A DNA stretch of 26,935 nt from a virus (taxonomy: Duplodnaviria; Caudoviricetes), in IMG/VR virus record IMGVR_UViG_3300025296_000103, positions 1-26,935 of that record; one strand, 5' to 3'. Shown in pieces: positions 16,873 through 24,062 of this stretch. Position 1 is the first letter of the stretch; each line of letters starts with the position of its first letter. A program made the translations under genes and the position numbers. Below the pieces are notes generated by a model that made no database searches, was not told where the DNA came from, and saw only the letters and a list, made by a program, of their open reading frames with translations.

Positions 16873-18711
16873 ATGAATATAGCAAAAATAAAAAGATATA
16901 CATCTTTTGAAGATTTTAATAGTAATGATATGAAAGGTATAATAGAAAAAGTATGTATAGGTCCTCAAGCGGAAGTATTAGATGCAATTAATGCTTTTAA
17001 TGAGATGTATGATACTTCTTTAGGTATTAATAAAAACTTTGGATTTAAACCTGGTGTTTATAGAGAAATAAAAGATTTATATACTAAACATATATTACGA
17101 TGGGATATGAAACCTAGAGGATTTGATAGTATATTTAACCGTATACATCAATATGGTTGGAGGCTCGGAACCTTTAAAAGGAAACTTCTTAAGTTAGAAG
17201 ATTTGTTAAAAACTTTAAGGTCTAATAATATTCAATGGCAAGATAATACGGATGATATAAAAGAAGAATTAGACAGACTTAAAAATCATATTACTAAAAA
17301 TATAGCTTTAGCATATAAACATTATGATACTTTAACATGTAATGTAGTTATAGCTGGTTATAAACCTCCTGTTTCAACATTAAGAAATAGTTTAATTAAT
17401 GAGAATTTATTAGATCATACTGTAGAAATTACTGCACCAAATATATCAGACTATTTATTAATGTATGTAATAAAGTTTGAAGAAGGTATTATCAAGTATC
17501 AACATCTTAAATCAAATAGTAGATTATATGTACATAAAATTCCTATTCCAGGAAATATTTATGTTGTTATAGGTATTAAACTGGTAAGTTTACTTTCTAA
17601 TATTTGGAAAAGAGATTACTCTAATATTAAATCTAATATTAGTTCAGTTGTAGATAAAAACTTTAGAATAAGAGCAATGTTTGTTAGTAGCGTAGGAGAT
17701 CATCCTTATATAAGAACTTCTATAGATAAAACTCTATGGGACACATGCAAAGAAGATATGCATCTTCAAGGAATGGCTTGTATGGGTAGTTTAGACAAAA
17801 GTATACAAGCATCATTTTATAATGCTAATCCTTATGCAGGTATAACACATTTATATAATTGGTTACATAATTATTATGTACCTCAAACATATCCTATAAA
17901 TAGAATATATAAATTATATACTCATGGTTCAGCTGAACCTCTTAAAAAGCTCAAAGAAGTATCTGTTAGAGAATCACGTGCAACAAGATGTGTTAGAGGT
18001 TGTAATTATGTAAAAAACATTCCAGATGAAGCTTATAATTATGTTAAAAATAATATTCTAGGAAATGTGGAGTCCTGTGAAGTATCTACTGATGATTCAT
18101 ACATAAAGTATTTTAATAATTATGACTTTAGTACAGCTCCTTGTCACTATTGTAAGTTTTTATCTAACAGTCAATGCTCACATGTAGAAAATCTACATAT
18201 TGTATTATTAGATGATATAGATGAACAAACAGAAGCTATATTAGGCGTTTTTGCAGAAAGACAAGAACTAATGGCTACAAATAATATAATTGATTCTCAA
18301 CCTCCATTAGAAGTTATGCTTAAGAATAGTTCACATCTTTATACTTTTATAGAGGAATTCTGGATAAAAGATCTTGAATATCATACATATTTATTTAATA
18401 AATATAGAATATTTCTTACAGAACACAGAAGAGATAACTTGTGTGAAGGTGAGGAATATGACATAATTCCTTACATGATAGTATTAACTGTTGATAAATT
18501 AGAATTGTTGCTTAAAAATAAAGTAGTAAAGAGTGAAGAGATTTCATCAATTATAAATGCTAGGGATATAGCAGGTAAAGATCTTCCTGCAGAAACACCT
18601 CCTTCACTTGAAGAACTCTTAAACGACCCAACTCAAGAAACAAGAATACTTACACCAGAAGAAGCTACATTACAATGGGCTTCTCAGACTGGTGGAGCAG
18701 ATAACTTATAA
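16873..18711 (+). CDS. Putative prokaryotic E2 (UBC-like) multidomain protein with Cys-rich region
   Basis: HPYI (aa 277-280) ... GMACMG (Cys303) followed by helices ITHLYNWL, resembling the HPxI...G.C(L/M)G signature; between Ubl and JAB; CVRGC and PCHYC...C cluster downstream. The His-Cys spacing is longer than canonical. Confidence 0.55.
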   Translation: MNIAKIKRYTSFEDFNSNDMKGIIEKVCIGPQAEVLDAINAFNEMYDTSLGINKNFGFKPGVYREIKDLYTKHILRWDMKPRGFDSIFNRIHQYGWRLGTFKRKLLKLEDLLKTLRSNNIQWQDNTDDIKEELDRLKNHITKNIALAYKHYDTLTCNVVIAGYKPPVSTLRNSLINENLLDHTVEITAPNISDYLLMYVIKFEEGIIKYQHLKSNSRLYVHKIPIPGNIYVVIGIKLVSLLSNIWKRDYSNIKSNISSVVDKNFRIRAMFVSSVGDHPYIRTSIDKTLWDTCKEDMHLQGMACMGSLDKSIQASFYNANPYAGITHLYNWLHNYYVPQTYPINRIYKLYTHGSAEPLKKLKEVSVRESRATRCVRGCNYVKNIPDEAYNYVKNNILGNVESCEVSTDDSYIKYFNNYDFSTAPCHYCKFLSNSQCSHVENLHIVLLDDIDEQTEAILGVFAERQELMATNNIIDSQPPLEVMLKNSSHLYTFIEEFWIKDLEYHTYLFNKYRIFLTEHRRDNLCEGEEYDIIPYMIVLTVDKLELLLKNKVVKSEEISSIINARDIAGKDLPAETPPSLEELLNDPTQETRILTPEEATLQWASQTGGADNL

Positions 18712-18727
18712 CATAAGGAGAAATATA

Positions 18728-19615
18728 GTGGTTTACATAAAAGAAAAAAACTGGGATCGTATTCTTGGCTATGCAGAAGAAGCCTATGATACTCTCAAAA
18801 CTGAAATAGGAGGTATGTCTGTATGTATCCAAGATAAAGATGGTGATTGGGAAATACAGCATCCTGTAATATTAAAACAAGAAGTAACAAGTGGTAATTG
18901 CACTTTAGAGCAAGATGAGTTAGCTAAATATTATACTCGTACAGCTAAACAACTAAAAGGGCAAGTATTCCGATTTTGTTGGTGGCATAGTCATCATACA
19001 ATGAAAGCGTTTTGGAGCTCTACTGATCTTCAAGCTATAGAAGAGTTTAATGATGGTGACTTTTCATTTGCTTTAGTAGTAAACTTAAAAGGCGAATACA
19101 AACTTAGAATATCTGTATGGAATCCTATTGAAACACATGAAGATGTAGAATTAGAGATTATCAGACCTCCTAGGGCAACTAAGAAGGTAGTTAATGATGT
19201 TAAAGAAATGTGTTCTAAACCTGTATTATTTCCTGCACATCAGGTTTGGGATCCAGCACTTAGAAAGTATAAAACAAATACTTCTAAGGCTAATAAAAGT
19301 TTAACATCTTATAAGGATGCTACTTTTCTTCCTTACTATAAGTTAAGAGCTAGTATAGATGAAATTTCTAGTAAAGTATGTGATGGTTCATATTCTTATA
19401 AACAATATAAAGAATCTATAGAAGATATAAAAGGAGCACTTAATCTTCATAAATCTTTATATGATATAAGTCTCTTCACTGAAGCTGAGGTTAAATCTGG
19501 AATACTATTACATTTACAGCCAGATGATATGATCTTAGATAAACAAACTAAGCTGCCATTTTATGAGGATGAACTCTCAATGCATGGTTATTCTTACAAT
19601 GGATGGCCACAATGA
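18728..19615 (+). CDS. JAB/JAMM (MPN+) metallopeptidase, deubiquitinase-like
   Basis: EIGG ... WWHSHHTMKAFWSSTD = E...HxH-x7-S-x2-D; start set at GTG 18728 behind TAAGGAG. Confidence 0.9.
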   Translation: MVYIKEKNWDRILGYAEEAYDTLKTEIGGMSVCIQDKDGDWEIQHPVILKQEVTSGNCTLEQDELAKYYTRTAKQLKGQVFRFCWWHSHHTMKAFWSSTDLQAIEEFNDGDFSFALVVNLKGEYKLRISVWNPIETHEDVELEIIRPPRATKKVVNDVKEMCSKPVLFPAHQVWDPALRKYKTNTSKANKSLTSYKDATFLPYYKLRASIDEISSKVCDGSYSYKQYKESIEDIKGALNLHKSLYDISLFTEAEVKSGILLHLQPDDMILDKQTKLPFYEDELSMHGYSYNGWPQ

Positions 19616-20274
19616 GTATTACAGCAAGACATGAAGGACTGTTTGATGGAACAGCCAATTATACTTTTCATATGTTGGGCTGTGGAGCTATTGGTAGTTC
19701 TGCAGCCTTACAATTAGCACGTATGGGTGGAATAAATTTTCACTTATATGACTATGATAAAGTAGAAGATGTAAATATTGGTATAGCACAATATACCATT
19801 AACGATATAGATAAGGATAAGACTTCAGCATTAAAGGGTCATATCTTGTCTATCAACCCTCAGGCTATAGTAGATGAGCATAATGAAGAATTTAAAGAAC
19901 TATTCTATCAAGACAGATTAGATATAGTTATCTTAGGTTTTGACTCCATGAAGGCCAGGATGGATGCGGTAACGCATATTTGCAGTAATCCTACTACTAG
20001 ACCTGAATGCATTATAGATGGAAGGATGGGAGCTGAACACTATCAGCAGTATATTATAACTAAACCTACTTTAACTAAGTATAAAAAGGTATGGTATCCT
20101 GATGATGATAGTAATGAAGAGCCCTGTAATGCTAAGGCTACTGGCTATTGCTCTAATATGAGTGGTAGCTTTATAGCTAATGCAGTGAGAAAGTTTATAA
20201 CTAACTCACCTCTGAACAATAACTTCAGTTTTAACTTTCCTACTATGATGTTAATAAAGGAAACGGCGCGATAG
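19612..20274 (+). CDS. ThiF/MoeB/E1-family adenylyltransferase (Ubl-activating enzyme)
   Basis: GCGAIGS, DYDKVEDVN...Q, K, GFDS, IDGRMG, candidate catalytic Cys in EEPCNAK; ATGA overlap with the JAB stop. Confidence 0.92.
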   Translation: MSITARHEGLFDGTANYTFHMLGCGAIGSSAALQLARMGGINFHLYDYDKVEDVNIGIAQYTINDIDKDKTSALKGHILSINPQAIVDEHNEEFKELFYQDRLDIVILGFDSMKARMDAVTHICSNPTTRPECIIDGRMGAEHYQQYIITKPTLTKYKKVWYPDDDSNEEPCNAKATGYCSNMSGSFIANAVRKFITNSPLNNNFSFNFPTMMLIKETAR

Positions 20275-20280
20275 AAATAT

Positions 20281-20311
20281 CTTGCCGTTTATAGTATATC
20301 TGTTGTATATT
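20281..20311 (+). promoter_or_regulatory. Sigma70-like promoter cTTGCCG-N18-TATATT for the recombination genes
   Basis: Intergenic; same geometry as the three minus-strand sites. Confidence 0.6.
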
Positions 20312-20406
20312 ACTGGGTGAATAATCCTTAATATATAACAATAACAGACATGAAGGGGGCCGCTCTAAAGAGTGCCCTCTTTTAGTCTATAATAGGAGAT
20401 GTACGT

Positions 20407-21147
20407 ATGAAAACACTCATGTTTGATCTAGAACATGGGTCTCAAACGCTTGGATCCAGAGACTATATACACAAACTCTTTGGCTTTCCTGTACTGGCAC
20501 CTAATTCTTGGAATCAATTTCAAGATACAATAGGTAAGCTGTATAAACAGGAACTATACAAAGAGAATGTTACTATAGGTAATCTAAAAATAGAAGAAGA
20601 AAGAACTAGGGTAGTTCCCAGAAACGGAACTGCAATAGATGCTCTTATCTTAGATACTTTTTCTGAGTTATCCAAGAAATACATGAGACAACTATCTGAT
20701 GGAGATGGTAAACTAAAGTTACAAGGATGGGGTCAGCTTAAAAATAAGCTAGATAGTTCTTTAGACTTTATTAGTAAGATTCCTGGTGTAATAATATGTA
20801 ATTGTCATGCTAAAGTGCAAACTATGGATGATGGTAACAAGATTATACCTTATATAGACGGTAGTAGCAAAGATGATATAGCTAAATGGTTCGACTTTGT
20901 ATTCTATACTAAGACGGTAGTAAATAAAGGAGAGCATAAATATCTATGGGTTACTTCTAGAAGTGAGAAATATGATCATGCCAAAGATAGAACTGGTTTA
21001 TTAGATCATGAAATGGAACAAGACTATGGTAAAGTTATAGCAGCAGCTAAAGAGAAAGGCTTTGATGGAGCTAAAATACTAATTATTGGTTCTCCTGGCA
21101 GCGGCAAGACTTTTAGCCTACAAACACTCATAAAGGAGACTAAATGA
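20407..21147 (+). CDS. Sak4/AAA_24-like P-loop ATPase (single-strand annealing), circularly permuted
   Basis: Starts KTLMFDLEHGS, Walker B ALILDTFSEL, IICNCH, WFDFVFY, AKDRTG; Walker A GSPGSGKT is at the extreme C-terminus. Confidence 0.85.
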   Translation: MKTLMFDLEHGSQTLGSRDYIHKLFGFPVLAPNSWNQFQDTIGKLYKQELYKENVTIGNLKIEEERTRVVPRNGTAIDALILDTFSELSKKYMRQLSDGDGKLKLQGWGQLKNKLDSSLDFISKIPGVIICNCHAKVQTMDDGNKIIPYIDGSSKDDIAKWFDFVFYTKTVVNKGEHKYLWVTSRSEKYDHAKDRTGLLDHEMEQDYGKVIAAAKEKGFDGAKILIIGSPGSGKTFSLQTLIKETK

Positions 21148-21674
21148 GAACATTAACAGTAAGAAAAAGTGGTGGTACTAATTTTGCTACTGGTTGGCAT
21201 ACTCTAACTATTGTAGGAGCTAAATATGGTAATTACAATGATGCTAAATTCTTAGATGTATGGTTCAAAGATTATCCAGAGAACTTTACTTTAAGGGTAT
21301 ATGAGAAGCGCAATACAGATGGTGAAGAATTTGCTATAGGTAATGTATTCAGATTCGCTAATGCTGGCATAACAGATGCATTAGATGGTCCAGATGGCAA
21401 TATAGTAATTAAAATGGATGATTCTGCTGAAGAACTAATAGGACATGAACTTAATGTATACTTCCATAAAGAAGGTGAGTATTCAAGAGCATTAAAGCAA
21501 GTAGCTCCTACAGTATTTAAGAATATTGTAGAAGAGTTTACTGAGGGTAATGTAGAGTTCTGGAAGTCTAAAGCAGAGAAATATTACGAAGACTATGTTA
21601 AGAATGCTACTACAGATAACTCTTTTACTGAGACAACTAGTAATGGCACTGACGTAGCAGTTACACCATTCTAA
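21144..21674 (+). CDS. Putative ssDNA-binding protein (DUF669-like OB fold)
   Basis: Coupled to the Sak4-like gene; F.TGWHTLTI N-terminal motif; flexible tail ending in PF. Confidence 0.65.
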   Translation: MRTLTVRKSGGTNFATGWHTLTIVGAKYGNYNDAKFLDVWFKDYPENFTLRVYEKRNTDGEEFAIGNVFRFANAGITDALDGPDGNIVIKMDDSAEELIGHELNVYFHKEGEYSRALKQVAPTVFKNIVEEFTEGNVEFWKSKAEKYYEDYVKNATTDNSFTETTSNGTDVAVTPF

Positions 21675-21693
21675 AACTCTGAGGTGGAGAGAT

Positions 21694-21743
21694 AAGAGTG
21701 CTTAGGTTGTTGCCGTAATAATTCTAGAGCCCTAAGCCCTCTT
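21694..21743 (+). other. Stem-loop between SSB and the tRNA (terminator or processing site)
   Basis: AAGAGTGCTTAGG ... CCTAAGCCCTCTT, 12 of 13 pairs. Confidence 0.6.
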
Positions 21744-21753
21744 TCTTAAGTGT

Positions 21754-21825
21754 CGCAGGGAATGCCAGTGCAATCTGAGGTTCATATCCTTGGTCTGGTG
21801 GGTGCAACTCCCACCCCTGCAACCA
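21754..21825 (+). tRNA. tRNA-CAU, initiator(fMet)-like, atypical D-arm, encoded CCA
   Basis: Acceptor CGCAGGG/CCCTGCA with C1:A72 mismatch, A73, CCA; anticodon arm TGAGG-TTCATAT-CCTTG; T arm GTGGG-TGCAACT-CCCAC. Confidence 0.85.
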
Positions 21826-21920
21826 TTGCACTTGCCCGTAAGGGCATAAAACACCCTTTAATGCAAGTGATGCAATACATTATTACCGTACAGTATTTGT
21901 CTCAGACAGATTTTGTATAT

Positions 21921-22123
21921 AGCCTGTATTGGTAGAAAGTAACTGGACTGCGTAGCAGGAAGGTGAAAATAACCTCCCTTAGTACGGAGGCATTGAGGCG
22001 TAACATTTCCTATATGGCAGTCTTGGCTAACGGTGTGCCGAAAGGTTACACAGATAGAGTGTGGTGGGTTGGAAGCCATTATGTCGATAAGGAAGATGTA
22101 GGTTGGAGTCCTACATACAGGCT
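21921..22123 (+). ncRNA. Candidate ~200-nt structured RNA with tRNA-like acceptor/T-arm closure
   Basis: AGCCTGTA pairs with terminal TACAGGCT; preceded by TGTAGG-TTGGAGT-CCTACA; internal helices GACTGC/GCAGTC, AGGAA/TTCCT, GTGTGCC-GAAA-GGTTACAC. Confidence 0.55.
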
Positions 22124-22202
22124 TTAATTTAAAAGGAGACAGAATGATTATCTCGCCAATATCTCGCCAATGTGGCAAGATAAACGAATGAAAGGAGAAA
22201 GA

Positions 22203-22394
22203 ATGACAATAGGAGCAGACCATGATTGGGCTAATGAGAGAGAGAAGGAAAGAATGAAAGACTTTGAAATATGGTGGCACACTGAGGGGTCAGCATTATG
22301 CCCTGAAGCAGACGAAGATATGGACGCTTTTTTATATAGGGTAACAAGAATGGCATGGTTAAATGCTACATTTCATATAAAGGAGAAAGAATGA
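22203..22394 (+). CDS. Hypothetical protein (MTIGADHDW...KEKE)
   Basis: Start at the junction motif ATG 22203. Confidence 0.7.
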   Translation: MTIGADHDWANEREKERMKDFEIWWHTEGSALCPEADEDMDAFLYRVTRMAWLNATFHIKEKE

Positions 22395-22639
22395 CAAGAA
22401 CAAAAGGAAATGTAATAGTAGAGGAGATAAAGGTTGGAGATATTCATTATGAGTATGGTATGATGACTGGGATGAATATTGAATGTGAAGTATTAACAAA
22501 GCCAACACAAACTGAAGAAGGTAATTGGACTTGGAAAAGCAAGAATGTATATAATGGTGAGGAAATTGATTATATGGTGAATCCTGAATATTCCCACTAT
22601 GCTCCTAATCTTTATGATTATGAGGCTTATTATGGATAA
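22391..22639 (+). CDS. Hypothetical protein, SH3-like beta pattern (MTRTKGNVIVEEIKVGD...)
   Basis: Start at the junction motif; ATGA overlap. Confidence 0.75.
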   Translation: MTRTKGNVIVEEIKVGDIHYEYGMMTGMNIECEVLTKPTQTEEGNWTWKSKNVYNGEEIDYMVNPEYSHYAPNLYDYEAYYG

Positions 22640-22651
22640 AAAGGAGAAAGA

Positions 22652-23251
22652 ATGAATATAATAAATAAAGCAGAAAGAGAATTTAATATTCTTGAAAAAG
22701 AAGTTGAAGATGCGATAATAATGCCTTTTAAGACAGAAATATTATCTCTTGTTAAAAAGTTTGGTAACAGTGGTCAAAGTGGAGCCTCTGCACCATATAC
22801 AGCAGGGGCAATTTCAAAAGCAGTGAAAACATTATGCCTACAAGAGCCAATTTGCGATATTATAGGAAATGATGATGAATGGGTTGATTGTTCTGATATG
22901 GGAAATAGTGAAATTTATCAAAACAGAAGACTATCTTCCATTTTTAAAGTTGGAAAAAGTGGTAAGCCATATTATATTGATGCAATTGTCTTTAAAGGGC
23001 AAAATGGTAACTGCTTTACAGGCAATAATGCAAAACTAAAAGATGGCAGTAGTATTAGCAGTAGGCAATTTATAAGATTGCCATTTAAACCGAAAACATT
23101 TTATGTAGATGTAATTGAAACAGAATGGCATAAAAATAAGAAAACAGGCAAACTTACAAAGCAAAAAGGTGGTGGGTGGTGGACTTCGGTGGTGAAGGAT
23201 GAAACACAACTTGATAAAGTGTTTAATTATTATCTAAAGGAGAAAGAATGA
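22652..23251 (+). CDS. Conserved-type phage hypothetical protein (F..SGQSGASA...QNRRLSSIFK)
   Basis: 199 aa; motif pattern recalled from phage hypothetical proteins; bounded by junction motifs. Confidence 0.8.
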   Translation: MNIINKAEREFNILEKEVEDAIIMPFKTEILSLVKKFGNSGQSGASAPYTAGAISKAVKTLCLQEPICDIIGNDDEWVDCSDMGNSEIYQNRRLSSIFKVGKSGKPYYIDAIVFKGQNGNCFTGNNAKLKDGSSISSRQFIRLPFKPKTFYVDVIETEWHKNKKTGKLTKQKGGGWWTSVVKDETQLDKVFNYYLKEKE

Positions 23252-23436
23252 AGAAAACACAAATAGAAATATTAGCAGATAGAATAGCAGAAATTGAAAG
23301 AAACAACGATGGTCAAAGACATATTGATATTGAGAGAGACCTTAGAGACTTATATAATATGGTCAATATCCTATGGAAGAAAGCAGAACTAAAGCCATAT
23401 TTAAAAGCAGGTCAAAAAATAAAGGAGAAAGAATAA
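23248..23436 (+). CDS. Small coiled-coil protein
   Basis: 62 aa, bounded by junction motifs. Confidence 0.7.
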   Translation: MKKTQIEILADRIAEIERNNDGQRHIDIERDLRDLYNMVNILWKKAELKPYLKAGQKIKEKE

Positions 23437-23552
23437 TGTGGACTTGTAGTATATGTAGCAACGAATATGATTCCAGCAATGGAGATACAGATGAAAGAAT
23501 GTGTCAGAATTGTATGGATGATTGGTATGGTGATAATGAAGATAATGAGTAG
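23436..23552 (+). CDS. 38-aa zinc-finger microprotein (MWTCSICSNEYDSSNGDTDERMCQNCMDDWYGDNEDNE)
   Basis: Hand-translated; TAATG overlap; CxxC...CxxC. Confidence 0.7.
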   Translation: MWTCSICSNEYDSSNGDTDERMCQNCMDDWYGDNEDNE

Positions 23553-23667
23553 AATACTCTTTACTCTGGGTGATATATCGTGCAGGTTACATTTGTATTC
23601 ATTGTATTTAAAATTGATGAAATGGTCATCAGAATTAGACAAAAAAGGAGAAGTATGGAAGCAGTAA
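23545..23667 (+). CDS. 40-aa hypothetical protein (MSRILFTLGDISC...)
   Basis: 3' part of ORF 23467..23667; overlaps both neighbours. Confidence 0.5.
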   Translation: MSRILFTLGDISCRLHLYSLYLKLMKWSSELDKKGEVWKQ

Positions 23668-23900
23668 CTAATGAACAAATAGATGAGATTGAAGAACAAG
23701 AAATGTTCACTGGATGGGGTGATATAATGTTCACTGGATGGGGTGATATTATTAAACAGTTAGCAGAAATGTTAGGGGAAGTCCATTCAACTCAAGGCGA
23801 TATGGTAGGTATTGCAAAGAGAAACAATGGAGCTGTATTAAATCTTAATACAAGGCTGTCTGCATTAGAAAAGGCAGTAGAAGAATTGGAGAAACAATAA
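23655..23900 (+). CDS. Coiled-coil protein with an internal 8-aa duplication (MFTGWGDI x2)
   Basis: AAGGAG RBS before ATG 23655. Confidence 0.7.
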   Translation: MEAVTNEQIDEIEEQEMFTGWGDIMFTGWGDIIKQLAEMLGEVHSTQGDMVGIAKRNNGAVLNLNTRLSALEKAVEELEKQ

Positions 23901-24062
23901 AATACCTTAAACATCTATACGCTTGGATAGTAAACTTTCCCAATCCATTCAGTGATTATCATACTTGGATTACAACCTTAGATGAAAATGAAGAATGGTG
24001 TATATTGTGCAATATTAATCAACTTAAAGACAATAGCATATATGTTACCAAAAAGGAGAAAG

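Noticed and set aside
18685-18711. TGG-ADNL near the C-terminus of the E2-like protein as a second JAB cleavage site
   Set aside because: No beta-grasp precedes it, and a single GG is likely by chance.
16489-20274. ThiS/ThiF thiamine or MoaD/MoeB auxiliary metabolic genes
   Set aside because: No thiG/moaE/cysM/desulfurase nearby; the E1 lacks the MoeB/ThiF CxxC zinc pairs; a JAB and an E2-like gene are present. Not fully excluded without biochemistry.
1-21674. TAG stop-codon reassignment suggested by abundant TAG/CTAG
   Set aside because: Long genes are intact in code 11, and TAG ends the MCP, scaffold, portal, Ubl and E1 genes at sensible positions.
21826-21910. Theta (HDV-like) ribozyme after the tRNA
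   Set aside because: Could not build the nested double pseudoknot, and there is no G at the expected cleavage position.
21750-22280. ORFs 21750..21935 (+) and 21858..22280 (-)
   Set aside because: They overlap the tRNA and the structured RNA, lack an RBS and have no protein-like features.
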